The notes under the pieces were generated by a model, which searched no databases, was not told the DNA's origin, and was given only the letters and a program-made list of their open reading frames with translations. Source: Acidimicrobiia bacterium (GTDB taxonomy: Bacteria; Actinomycetota; Acidimicrobiia; Spongiisociales; ZC4RG35). Taken from it: DNA of 51,264 nt. The first letter of the stretch is position 1; each line of letters begins with the position of its first letter. Where the stretch lies: contig WHUC01000003.1 of the NCBI GenBank assembly GCA_009377435.1, positions 1-51,264 of the forward strand, given 5' to 3'. A program made the translations under genes and the position numbers. Shown piece after piece: positions 20,259-29,580 of this stretch.

Positions 20259-20924
20259 TCAGCTTCGGGTGAAGGTGAAGGTGCCTTCTCCGTCCTGGAT
20301 CTCAAGCGACGTGTCCGAGCAGGTGTAACCGGTGGATGCGGTGGGGAGGATGTCCTCATCCTGGGGCATCTCCTCACCGCCCATGGACATCGAGATGTTG
20401 TCCTCCTCGACCGAGGTCGAGAGGGTGGTTCCATCAGCCGAATACGTGCCGGTGGCGGTGCCCGTCATGGTCATCGAGAAATCCTCGGGCAGGGACACGT
20501 CCGCTCCCTCGGGAATGCTGATTTCCGGCAGCTGCATCGAGATGTTCACGTCGTTTGCCGAATATTCGAATGTGTTGTCGGCATTGAAAGTCGCCACGAG
20601 TTCGCCGGTTACCTGAGCCTCTATTTCCTCCATTCCTGGTCCGGAGATGAGCTCCTCGAATTCCTCCGGCCCCACGGACCAGTTTCCAACCACACACTCG
20701 TCGATCTCACCTTCGGCAGCCGTGGCCGCGGTGGTTTCGGGGGTTGCGGTGGTCTCGGGGGGGGCGGTGGTCTCAGGGGGGACGGCGGTCCCAGTGTCGG
20801 GGGTCTCCGCTTCCGTGGTCACCGTGGCCTCATCGCCAGCGGTGGTAGCGGCCGACTCGGAGTCTCCACCACAGGCGGCGAGGACGAGGGCCAACACGGT
20901 GAGTATGGCAAACAGACGTTTCAT
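20259..20924 (-). CDS. Acidic lipoprotein of unknown function
   Basis: MKRLFAILTVLALVLAA-C lipobox, Thr/Pro linker, beta-rich C-terminal domain with two Cys. Confidence 0.85.
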   Translation of the reverse strand: MKRLFAILTVLALVLAACGGDSESAATTAGDEATVTTEAETPDTGTAVPPETTAPPETTATPETTAATAAEGEIDECVVGNWSVGPEEFEELISGPGMEEIEAQVTGELVATFNADNTFEYSANDVNISMQLPEISIPEGADVSLPEDFSMTMTGTATGTYSADGTTLSTSVEEDNISMSMGGEEMPQDEDILPTASTGYTCSDTSLEIQDGEGTFTFTRS

Positions 20925-21076
20925 GGTTCCCCATTTCTATGTGGGATTCGTGATCTTTTCATATGGGAGATTCGTGATCTCTGAACGTTGGGATGATCCT
21001 CTCGTGTCATGGATACAGGTAATCCTCCGTGAGACCACTAGGAGATTGGCCTGTAATGACGGCACGCCGGGGAGGG

Positions 21077-21430
21077 CTACTCGCCTTCCTGGGCCTTCTC
21101 GTACTGGTTGAGCGCCACCACGAAGGCGACGAACACGATGAACGAGACCACCATGTAGGTGATGGGGATGATCCGGATCTCAAATGGGTTGAGACCCTCG
21201 ATCTCGACGGGACGCGGCCCACGGGGTGCGTAGAGCACGTACAGAAGCGAGCCGATGGTCATCCATCCGCCCACGGCGGCACCGGTGACCAGGAACCCCA
21301 GCTTCTTGCCGAGATTGGTGTAGTTGAGCAGATAGATGGTCCCGTAGAACACCAGGATGGCGGCGGCGAACAGGATGATCCCGGTGACGAACAGGTTCGC
21401 CGAGAGCAGGCTCCGCATCAGCTCGCGCAC
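21077..21430 (-). CDS. Small membrane protein (about 3 TM), last gene of the Rieske/cytochrome b operon
   Basis: 117-aa hydrophobic ORF; removing the MITE places its GTG directly after the cytochrome c stop. Confidence 0.8.
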   Translation of the reverse strand: MRELMRSLLSANLFVTGIILFAAAILVFYGTIYLLNYTNLGKKLGFLVTGAAVGGWMTIGSLLYVLYAPRGPRPVEIEGLNPFEIRIIPITYMVVSFIVFVAFVVALNQYEKAQEGE

Positions 21431-21433
21431 TTA

Positions 21434-21628
21434 GTGCTCCCCACCGTAAATACGGTCGCATGTTTCGGCGAGCCAGAGGCGTCGCTCGCCAGCGGCTCTC
21501 CCGAGCCGCCCCCACCTCCCACCCGGCCGCAGGACGAAGACGCACCCGGTGCGGTGCTTCGAGGACGAGGACGCCGCGAGCGGCGTCACTGGCCGTTGAA
21601 ACGTCAGCGTAATTGCGGTGGGGTGCAC
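21434..21628. mobile_element. 195-bp MITE with a TTA target-site duplication
   Basis: TIRs GTGCTCCCCACCGTAAATACG / GTGCACCCCACCGCAATTACG (18/21); TTA at 21431-21433 and 21629-21631; 58-bp core identical to 4732-4789. Confidence 0.8.
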
Positions 21629-23671
21629 TTAGTCCCCCGTCCCGTTCAGATTGCCGCCACGGAGATACCGGGCGAGCATCTCGAGGTCGGCCTGGCTGAG
21701 GAGACCTCCGAAAGCCGGCATCCTGCCGGTGCCCATTCCATTGAGGCCATAGGGCTCGTCGACGACCGATCCGTTGGTGAGGAAGTCGACGAGAAGATCC
21801 GCCTCATCTCCCTGCGGGGCCTCTCCGAACTGGACGACCGGTCGGCCGTGCCACAACGCCGGACCGAGCGCACCGGATCCGGGCTCGCTCGAATACGGAA
21901 CACCAGCGGACCATCCGGCGGTATGACAACGTGCGCAGTACCCGTTGAACAGTCCAACGGCGCGGTCGGCGTCCTCGACGTTGCCGTCGAAGGCGGCGTC
22001 CGCGACGCCCTGGATATCAATATTCCACGGCTCCTCCTCGGCGGCCTGGCGGAGGAAGGTGAGACCTTCCTCCGCCGGGGGAAGAACCCGCTCGATGTTC
22101 TGAGCGGTGACTTCGAGGTTGGTGGCCGACGACTCGAGGGCACTGACAAATGTGTTTGCCGCCTCCGCATCCGGCTGACCTGAGCTTTCCGGGCCGGTCG
22201 GGTCTAACGTCACCGGGGGGATGTCGGCGGGTCGGGTGGCGGTATCGGCGTCGCTGAGGACCTGGCTGAGCTGCTGCTCCCCCGAATTGGAGAGCCCGTC
22301 GCCGTCGTTGTCCATGCCCCCGTCGAGGACGGTCTGGGCCTCGGTGGCGAGGTCGGCGCCACCCCCACCACCTTCGCCGGGCGCGGTGGTCTCGGTGGTT
22401 GCTCCGCCCGCGGCGGTGGTGGCGGGAGCGTCACCCGCCACGGTCGTCTCCGTGGACTCACCACCGGCTGCTGTGGTGGTCGGGCCTGCGGCGTCACCGC
22501 CGTCAGCGGGTGCGGGGAGGGCGGCGATGAACGCCTCTGCGCTCTCGGGATCGGTGACTTCGCCGGGGACATCGATGCCCTGCGCCTCCGCCGTGTCTAC
22601 CAGCTCATTGAGTTGTCTTATAGCGCCAGCGGACAGGCCGTCGTCCATCATGGCGTCATCGAGGGCAGCCGAGAACTCCGGGGCGAAGGGTCCGAGGATT
22701 GGGTCCGACTCGGCGGCGGACCTCAGCCGGCCGAGGGAGTCTTGTGCGGTCGTTGCGTCATCGGCACCCTCGACAGATTGTGCGGCCTCCGGATCGAACT
22801 GGACGGGCTCGACCACCCGGAAGAGGGCAATGGCCTCCTCCGAGAGCGCGGTCAGCTCGGTCTCGGCGGTATCGGAGACACCGTCACCATCGGTGTCGAT
22901 CTGGTCGACCGAAGCGTCGAGAATGGCCCGGCCCCGGCCCGCCAATTCACGAACCCCGGGAGCGAGCTCCCCGGACTGCTCGATGTCTTCGACAACCTGG
23001 GCCTGCTCGACAATGGCGCTCTGCACCGCATCGTCGGCCCCGGCGAGCTTTTGCTGGGCCGCGTCGATCTGGGGTTCGATCTCCCCAAGGACACTCGCCT
23101 GCTCGACCTGGATAGAGCGCAGATAGAGGAGGAGATCATCGACCCCGTCCTCATTGAGGGGGCCACCACCATCGAGACCCCACGGCGGCATCGGTGTGTT
23201 GGCCCGGCCATACGTGACCCAATAGCGAATCTCGTCCTCTTCGTAACGGAGGAACACGTCGTCGATCGACGGGGCCTCCCAGACGACGGTCACGTTTGAT
23301 CTCGGGTCGACGAACTCTGCGACACCGCCGCTTCCGCCCGGGCCGTGGCAACTGGCGCAATCCAACTCCACCCAGTGCTCCTCACCACGGGTCAGGGCCT
23401 GCTCGTTGAACTCCGCTGCGAAACCCTCCTGGCGGTCGTTCTCGCTGAGGAAATAGAGGGGGATGGCCACGGCGAGAAAGGCGGACAACAGGGCCGCCGC
23501 CTTCTGCCATCCCTCGAGACGCCGGGTCTCCAACAGCTCATCGGTCCCTCCGGGGGAGAGGTTGGAGGCGACCTCCTCGGGGCCGCGCCTCCGGATGGCG
23601 GACACGGCGAGGAACGCCAACCAGGCGACACCGGCGATCACCGCGAGGGTGAGGACGAGACTCGAGCTCAC
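21629..23671 (-). CDS. Large membrane-anchored dihaem cytochrome c of the Rieske/cytochrome b complex
   Basis: Two N-terminal TM helices; CASCH..PMPPW and CARCH..RMPAF; two DxDGDG motifs; start GTG 23671 or 23698. Confidence 0.88.
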   Translation of the reverse strand: MSSSLVLTLAVIAGVAWLAFLAVSAIRRRGPEEVASNLSPGGTDELLETRRLEGWQKAAALLSAFLAVAIPLYFLSENDRQEGFAAEFNEQALTRGEEHWVELDCASCHGPGGSGGVAEFVDPRSNVTVVWEAPSIDDVFLRYEEDEIRYWVTYGRANTPMPPWGLDGGGPLNEDGVDDLLLYLRSIQVEQASVLGEIEPQIDAAQQKLAGADDAVQSAIVEQAQVVEDIEQSGELAPGVRELAGRGRAILDASVDQIDTDGDGVSDTAETELTALSEEAIALFRVVEPVQFDPEAAQSVEGADDATTAQDSLGRLRSAAESDPILGPFAPEFSAALDDAMMDDGLSAGAIRQLNELVDTAEAQGIDVPGEVTDPESAEAFIAALPAPADGGDAAGPTTTAAGGESTETTVAGDAPATTAAGGATTETTAPGEGGGGGADLATEAQTVLDGGMDNDGDGLSNSGEQQLSQVLSDADTATRPADIPPVTLDPTGPESSGQPDAEAANTFVSALESSATNLEVTAQNIERVLPPAEEGLTFLRQAAEEEPWNIDIQGVADAAFDGNVEDADRAVGLFNGYCARCHTAGWSAGVPYSSEPGSGALGPALWHGRPVVQFGEAPQGDEADLLVDFLTNGSVVDEPYGLNGMGTGRMPAFGGLLSQADLEMLARYLRGGNLNGTGD

Positions 23672-23675
23672 GGGA

Positions 23676-24551
23676 TCAAAATCCGATGCACGAGGCACCC
23701 TGGGGGTATTGGACGATCGGCGAGGCGGCGCGTGGGGTCTGCACTATGGAACCCGTCCGCACGACCAGATCGCCATCGCGCTCCTCGACCACGAAACGGT
23801 CGAGGTTGCGTGGTGCCGGACCGGCGGAATACTCGCCGACCATGTCGTACTTGGAACCGTGACAGGGGCACTCGAAACCCTGCGAGCTCTCGCACCACGG
23901 CACCGTGCAGCCGAGATGGACACAACGCTGATAGAGGGCCATCAACCCACCGGCGACGACACCTACGTCGGAGAACTGCTCCCCGAGATCGTCCGGTGCC
24001 GGAACTATGTATCCCCGCGCCTCGGGGATGTAGACCGGGGTGACGGTCCGATCTGGGTTGAACACCTCGGTCCGAAGATCGTTGATCGCACCGGCCACCA
24101 CATCGGCGCCGAAACCGCCGGACAGCTTGGGCCAGAGCATCGCCAGCGACGCCAGGCTGAAGAGTCCCAGATAGGAGCCGAATGCGGTTCCTATGGCCCG
24201 ATTGAAGAACTGGCGTCGGGTGACACCGGCCTCCTCCGGGGACACCTCGACGACACGCTGGGTTTCGACCACCTCGACCGCATCACTGGCCACCGGGGCC
24301 GGTACGGGGGCCTCCTCCTCGGTCTCGGGGACCTCCTCCACCAAGGTCGGGGTTCCGGCCTGGATGGGTTCCAACCGAACCCCGGCGCGGGATCTGTCGG
24401 CTTGGCGGGTCTCGGCGCTCACCCCCGCGGTGGCGTCGGGCTCGGGCCGGGGCTCGGGTCGGGAGCGCCGGAAGGCGACGACGAACGCCCCGGCCGCAGC
24501 CGTGATGGCGACGACGGCCACGCCGATGAGGGCCCATGCGGTGGCGTCCAT
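23676..24551 (-). CDS. Rieske [2Fe-2S] subunit of menaquinol:cytochrome c reductase
   Basis: CVHLGC and CPCHGSKY boxes, GPAPRNL, internal twin-arginine TRRQFF before a TM helix. Confidence 0.95.
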   Translation of the reverse strand: MDATAWALIGVAVVAITAAAGAFVVAFRRSRPEPRPEPDATAGVSAETRQADRSRAGVRLEPIQAGTPTLVEEVPETEEEAPVPAPVASDAVEVVETQRVVEVSPEEAGVTRRQFFNRAIGTAFGSYLGLFSLASLAMLWPKLSGGFGADVVAGAINDLRTEVFNPDRTVTPVYIPEARGYIVPAPDDLGEQFSDVGVVAGGLMALYQRCVHLGCTVPWCESSQGFECPCHGSKYDMVGEYSAGPAPRNLDRFVVEERDGDLVVRTGSIVQTPRAASPIVQYPQGASCIGF

Positions 24552-25696
24552 TATTCCTCACCACCCTCGAAATGGACCCAGTCCTTCAGATCGTCAAAGA
24601 AGATCCCATCCGACCAGGGATAGGCGAAGTTGAAGCCCTCCCCCCGGAAGAGCACACCGATGATGGTCAGCGAAGCGGCGCCGGTGAGGAAGATGCTGAA
24701 CAGCAAGATGGCGAACTTCCGCTGCGAGGGTCTTGTCGATGGGTTGCGATCGATGTAGGGAATCAGCATGAACCCGACTAAACCGATGATGGTGGGGACG
24801 GTGACACCAGCGATCTGTGGGTCGAAATAGCTGAGTAGCTCCTGGAGCCCGAGGAAATACCAGGGGGCCTTCGACGGGTTGGGGGTCACATTGAAGTTGG
24901 CCGGTTCGAGAAGTGGGGCGGCGAGCGCCACCGACATCACCACGAGTAGCACAGTCATCGCCATCAGGGCCGAGAACTCGGCGATCATGAGATGGGGCCA
25001 GGTGTTGACCTTGTCGGTCGGCTCGGCCTTGACGTCTTGTATGGCGCGTGCCTTGACAACGGTGAGAAGACGTTGGGTCCGCACCCCCTCCGGGGTCCCG
25101 GCGGCGGGCGCAACCGGTCGGGGATCGACCATGGCGGCGACACGCCCATTGCCGGCGCCGCCTTCCTGGTGCCCGTCGGATGACGGGGGGGGCCCCTCTG
25201 ATGCGGGGTCGGCGACCGCCACCGCGGCAGGCTCCTCCTCGGCGGCAGGCTCCCCCTCGGCGGCAGGCTCCCCCTCGGCGGCAGGCTCCCCCTCGGCGGC
25301 AGGCTCCTCCTCGGCGGCAGGCTCCTCCTCGGCGGCAGGCTCCTCCTCGGCGGCAGGCTCCTCCTCGGCGGCAGGCTCCTCCTCGGCGGCAGGCTCCTCC
25401 TCGGCGGGAGGCTCGTCTGCGGTGGACTCGTCTGACTCCGGGACCGCTGGTTTGGATGGTTCGAAGGCGGGGGGCTTGGAAATGGTGACACCACCACCCT
25501 CACCGGTGTCCGCCGGTGTCGCCGTCTCAGGGGTGGCGTCGGCAGCCTCGGGCGCCGCGGTGTCGCCGACGGCGTCGTCACTCGCCGGTGGAGCCTCCCC
25601 CTTCATCTCGGCGAGCACCTGCTCCACGGGAAGATCGAGTGCCTTGGCCTTGGCCTCGGCCGACCGACGGAGAAGATCTTCGGGGATCTCAGCCAT
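24551..25696 (-). CDS. Cytochrome b subunit IV-like (C-terminal half of split cytochrome b) with a long acidic N-terminal extension
   Basis: WPHL, TPNPSKAPWYFLGLQELL and PYIDRNPS..P..RK motifs; three TM helices. Confidence 0.9.
   Translation of the reverse strand: MAEIPEDLLRRSAEAKAKALDLPVEQVLAEMKGEAPPASDDAVGDTAAPEAADATPETATPADTGEGGGVTISKPPAFEPSKPAVPESDESTADEPPAEEEPAAEEEPAAEEEPAAEEEPAAEEEPAAEEEPAAEGEPAAEGEPAAEGEPAAEEEPAAVAVADPASEGPPPSSDGHQEGGAGNGRVAAMVDPRPVAPAAGTPEGVRTQRLLTVVKARAIQDVKAEPTDKVNTWPHLMIAEFSALMAMTVLLVVMSVALAAPLLEPANFNVTPNPSKAPWYFLGLQELLSYFDPQIAGVTVPTIIGLVGFMLIPYIDRNPSTRPSQRKFAILLFSIFLTGAASLTIIGVLFRGEGFNFAYPWSDGIFFDDLKDWVHFEGGEE
25223..25402. repeat. In-frame 18-bp tandem repeat, 10 units encoding E(E/G)EPAA
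   Basis: Ten consecutive units of CGGCAGGCTCC(T/C)CCTCGG inside the subunit IV N-terminal linker. Confidence 0.95.
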
Positions 25697-25744
25697 GTCT
25701 CATCCCTTCTTCGGCCGCCTGATAGGGAACGCTATGGTGTCCCA

Positions 25745-26512
25745 TCACAATGGGCCCGAGATGCCGCCGTCCTTGCGGACCCTCCAGAAGTGCACCGACA
25801 GGAAGATGACGAGCACGAAGGGGAGGAACAGGACGTGGAGAACATACCACCGCAACAAGGTGTTGGCCGTCACCTCGGAACCGGACAGCAAGGCGAACTT
25901 GACCTGATCGCCGATCACAGGGACGAAGCCGGCCATGTTGGTCCCCACCGTGACGGCCCACAGGGCGAGCTGATCCCAAGGCAGCAGATAGCCGGTGAAA
26001 GAGAGCAGCAGGGTGAGGAGGAGCAGAACGACCCCAACCACCCAGTTGAACTCGCGTGGTGGTTTGTAGGCGCCGTGGTAGAAGACACGGCTCATATGAA
26101 GGAACACGGTGAGCACCATGAGATGGGCACCCCACCGGTGCATGTTCCTCAGCAGGGTCCCGAAGGCGACGTTGGTGGAAAGTGCCTGGATGTCGGCGTA
26201 GGCGGTGGCCTCCGACGGTGTGTAGTAGAACATCAGGAAGATGCCCGTGATGGTCAACAGTATGAACAGGAAGAAGGTGAGACCACCAAGGCAGAGGGTG
26301 TAGGACAGACGAACACCGTGCCTCTTCACCTTCACGGGATGGAGGTGATAGAGCACGTTGTTCATGACCACGTACGAACGGTTTCTCGGGCTATCGGCAT
26401 AGCCCTTCTTGAACGGCGATCCGGGCCGCAGCACAGAGGCGACGAACTGAGAGTTGGCGAGCTTGTCGCTCGCTTCCCGCACCCGTTCTCTCACAGGGAC
26501 CTTGTCAGCCAC
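25745..26512 (-). CDS. Cytochrome b6-like N-terminal cytochrome b subunit
   Basis: CLGG haem-ci motif, [32 protein letters not shown]-x14-H in helix D, ends GGISGPL; GGAGG RBS before GTG 26512. Confidence 0.95.
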   Translation of the reverse strand: MADKVPVRERVREASDKLANSQFVASVLRPGSPFKKGYADSPRNRSYVVMNNVLYHLHPVKVKRHGVRLSYTLCLGGLTFFLFILLTITGIFLMFYYTPSEATAYADIQALSTNVAFGTLLRNMHRWGAHLMVLTVFLHMSRVFYHGAYKPPREFNWVVGVVLLLLTLLLSFTGYLLPWDQLALWAVTVGTNMAGFVPVIGDQVKFALLSGSEVTANTLLRWYVLHVLFLPFVLVIFLSVHFWRVRKDGGISGPL

Positions 26513-26520
26513 ACATCCTC

Positions 26521-26970
26521 CTACCAGCGCATCCCGTATGAATATCCGTTCTTGAAGTCTCGTTGACCCGTGTCGAGATCCCAAGGTCGTCGGTCGAGCC
26601 CCATCTCCTCCGCCTGGGCGGCGAGGGAGCCTTCGAACTTACCCAACGTGATCACGTTCGTGGGGCACCGGTCGATGCACAGGGCGCACCGGGTGCACTC
26701 GTTCTCGTCGACCACGAAGAATCCGTAGTTCTGCGGATCGTCAACGGGATGATCGACCAGGATGGCCTCATCGATGGCGTCCAGGCTGAGATACATAATG
26801 CACTTCCACGGACAGATGTCGACACAGCCCTCACAGAGGATGCACTCGGCCTGGTCGATGTGGAGGAACTGCTTGGGTCGGAGCTTGTCCTTGAAGTAAT
26901 CCCCGTCCACCGGTGCGAGTTGATAGTCATCCCGGAAAGGCGGTGTCTCGTCGACGACTCCTCGTGGCAT
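26521..26970 (-). CDS. 2x[4Fe-4S] ferredoxin-like protein
   Basis: [12 protein letters not shown] and [12 protein letters not shown]; no signal peptide; ATG 26970 just after the upstream stop. Confidence 0.92.
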   Translation of the reverse strand: MPRGVVDETPPFRDDYQLAPVDGDYFKDKLRPKQFLHIDQAECILCEGCVDICPWKCIMYLSLDAIDEAILVDHPVDDPQNYGFFVVDENECTRCALCIDRCPTNVITLGKFEGSLAAQAEEMGLDRRPWDLDTGQRDFKNGYSYGMRW

Positions 26971-26971
26971 A

Positions 26972-27571
26972 TCAGCGATCTCCCGAGGTAAGGGGACGGC
27001 CGTAGGGAGAGCTCTTCGGCTCCGGCTCGGGTGGGGGAGTACCGCCACCGGCCAGATCCTGGATCTTGTAGGCGAACAACGCCCCCGCTCCCAGCATCCC
27101 CAGGTTGTAGGTCGCCGAGACCATGTCCTTGAGTGCGGCGAAGCTGAGGGCGACCTCGTTACCGAGCACAAGGAAGGGTGGGATGGTCAGGGCGGACCGT
27201 TGCGGTGACCAGTCGAGGTCGGTGGTGGCGAGGGTGAGCCACTCCGAGGGGACGATCCCGAAGATAATCACCAGTTCCACCCAGACGAGAAAGGCCGCGG
27301 TCGCCGCCAGCGCCCATGTCATCGGACGACCAAGGACCAGGGCTATGCCGGCACCCGCCAGCACCATCTGGGAGGCGCCGAAGACGAATAGATAGGCCAA
27401 ACCCTTCGACAACCAGCCCCGGGGGATGAGTCCGAGGCTATCGGGGTTGTCGATCTGGGCGGAATAGTGGACCCAGACCACCCCGACGGCGAGGAGGAAC
27501 AGCCCACCGGCGATCATGGACCAACCGATCCTGCGTCGCTGCGTCTCGTCTAGTTGTGCCAACCGATACAT
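26972..27571 (-). CDS. Membrane protein (about 4 TM), first gene of the Rieske/cytochrome b operon
   Basis: 199-aa hydrophobic ORF tightly coupled to the ferredoxin gene. Confidence 0.8.
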   Translation of the reverse strand: MYRLAQLDETQRRRIGWSMIAGGLFLLAVGVVWVHYSAQIDNPDSLGLIPRGWLSKGLAYLFVFGASQMVLAGAGIALVLGRPMTWALAATAAFLVWVELVIIFGIVPSEWLTLATTDLDWSPQRSALTIPPFLVLGNEVALSFAALKDMVSATYNLGMLGAGALFAYKIQDLAGGGTPPPEPEPKSSPYGRPLTSGDR

Positions 27572-27814
27572 GCGGTGGCGCTCCGGGATAGCCGATCGTT
27601 CCTACGGGTTGTTTGTACCACAGTCACCCTATCGCTGAGAATCGCGATTGTCGGGTCGGATCCGAAATCGGATGCGGCACAATACACCCCTATTGGGATG
27701 ACCGAACGACGGCTTTCTCTTCTAGTTGTGATGTGGTTCCCTTCCCGCTCCCGCATCTTCTATCCTCCGGCCCCTAGGAGGCCGGGAGGCGAAACGACGA
27801 GGAGAACGGAATTC

Positions 27815-29275
27815 GTGGCTGACGCTCCGACCACAACCCCGCAACACCCGGTACTCGAGGGAGCAGACGAGGCCTCGCGTCTCCATCTGGTGGCGTCGAT
27901 CCCCTTCCTGGGATTGGGTGCCCTCCTGGTGGTCACCTCGTTGTTCGCCATGGTCTTCCCCTCGGCCCTCCCCCTGCTCTATGGACGGATCCGCTCACTC
28001 GGGATGGCGGCGCTGATGTTGGGATGGTTGACCAATGTCCTCGTCGGGGGCACGTATTACGTCCTCCCCCGTCTCACCGGGGCACGTCTCGGCTCGGAGA
28101 GGTTGGCCCGTCTCGGATTTCTGGCGATCAACGCGGCCGCCGTGGGGGGGATGGTCCTGGTGGCCATCGGTCTGGGTGACGGTCGCGAGCCGTTGGCGTT
28201 CCCCTGGTACGCCGACATCGTTGTCCTGGGCGCCCTGCTGATCCCGGCAATCGTGATGATCATGACCCTGAGCGACCGAGAGGAGAAGACCTCGTTCCCC
28301 ACCGTGTGGTTCACGGGTGCCGGTCTGGCGATCCTGCCCCTCTCCTATGCCGTGGGGAACATCCCCGGTCTCGGTCCCATCCCGTCGACCCTGGGTGATC
28401 TCCATTTCGTCGGGACCTTCCCCGTGGGGGTAATGCTCACCATCGGTGTTGGGCTGACGTACTTCGCCCTCGTCAGGGAGTACGACATCCCCCTCGCCTC
28501 GCGGAGTCTGGCCCAGGTCGGTCTCTGGTCATTCGTGTTCGCCTCGGGTTGGATCGGCATCGCCCAGATCGCCCAGGGGCCGGTCCCGGGCTGGCTCGGT
28601 GGTGTCACCGCCCTGCTCGGTCTCGCCCTCCCCGTCGGAATGGTGGCGACCGCGGCGAATCTCGTGGTGACACTCGAAGACGAACTCGCCGGGATCCGTG
28701 ATCGCCCCGTGGCCTTGAGTGCGGTCTGGGGAATCGGTCTCGGTGTCGTGATCGGAGCCATCGCCGCCTTCGGGTCGCTGCGTTCGGCCGCGGGTCTGGT
28801 CGCCCTCACCCCGTTTTGGGAGGGCATCCTGATCGGACTGCTGCTCGGGGTGGGGAGCCTGCTCGTCGCCTCGTTCACCTATGAGGCGTACCCCCACGTC
28901 CTCGGTAGGGCCGTCGCCTCCCCATCTCTGGCCAGGACCCACGTGCGCCTCACCGTGTTTGGAATCGGTGGGGCATCCATCGCGTTGGCCATCGGCGGGA
29001 TCGCCTCCGGTTACGCCTGGTCGGGTGGGGCCTTCACCAGCGCCTACCAGCCATTCGGGGAGGGTTGGGCCCAGGCATCATCGGCGGGGCGGTTGTTCGC
29101 AGGCATCGCCTTGCTGTTGGCCCTGGTAGGTCTGGTAGGTATCGGTGCCCTCATGGTCAACCAGTTCCAGACGGTGACCCAGGGACATGCCGTCGCCCAG
29201 GAGATCCTCGTGACCAAGGTGGCCCCGGAGGATGAGGACCTCCCCGAGGACGTAAGCGAGGACAACGATGAGTGA
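27815..29275 (+). CDS. cbb3-type oxidase subunit I (CcoN)-like protein without haem/Cu ligand histidines
   Basis: Collinear with CcoN landmarks (YGRIR, YYVLPRLTG..L.SERLA, GRE....PW, S.SLA.V..W, VP.W, GR...S..LA..H) over about 12 TM helices; GAGGAG RBS before GTG 27815. Confidence 0.85.
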   Translation: MADAPTTTPQHPVLEGADEASRLHLVASIPFLGLGALLVVTSLFAMVFPSALPLLYGRIRSLGMAALMLGWLTNVLVGGTYYVLPRLTGARLGSERLARLGFLAINAAAVGGMVLVAIGLGDGREPLAFPWYADIVVLGALLIPAIVMIMTLSDREEKTSFPTVWFTGAGLAILPLSYAVGNIPGLGPIPSTLGDLHFVGTFPVGVMLTIGVGLTYFALVREYDIPLASRSLAQVGLWSFVFASGWIGIAQIAQGPVPGWLGGVTALLGLALPVGMVATAANLVVTLEDELAGIRDRPVALSAVWGIGLGVVIGAIAAFGSLRSAAGLVALTPFWEGILIGLLLGVGSLLVASFTYEAYPHVLGRAVASPSLARTHVRLTVFGIGGASIALAIGGIASGYAWSGGAFTSAYQPFGEGWAQASSAGRLFAGIALLLALVGLVGIGALMVNQFQTVTQGHAVAQEILVTKVAPEDEDLPEDVSEDNDE

Positions 29276-29580
29276 TCTCGCAGCCGCCGCCGAAGCGGTC
29301 GGGGCCCCCGAGGAGATGGTCCAGCGATCGGCCGAGGCCCGCGCCCAGGCCGACGGGACCAGTGTCGAGGAGGTGCTGGCGGCCTGGGCGGGGGGTGGGG
29401 GCGGCTCGGCCGCACCGGCTGAGTCCGAGGCCGACGAGGCCGCCCCCGAAACCCCGCCCGAGGAGACCGCGGAGACACCGGCCGAGGGAGCACCCGAGGA
29501 AGAACCCGCCGAACAACCCGACACCACACCCAGCGCCGCCCCGGCCCCCGCCGCGGCGGCAGAACCCGCGGCGGCGGCAC
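29266..29580 (+). repeat. Direct repeat, copy 1 (copy 2 at about 30077-30380)
   Basis: First ~125 bp differ at about 6 positions; the linker-coding part aligns with indels. Confidence 0.9.

Noticed and set aside
21431-21628. 65-aa ORF as a real operon subunit
   Set aside because: It coincides exactly with a TSD-flanked MITE; treated as read-through of the element
25223-25402. Possible CRISPR array
   Set aside because: Units are contiguous with no spacers, lie in frame within a CDS, and no cas genes are present
27727-27742. CRP/Rex-like site TGTGA-N6-TCCCT in the divergent respiratory promoter
   Set aside because: Right half-site matches only 3 of 5; too weak without comparative data
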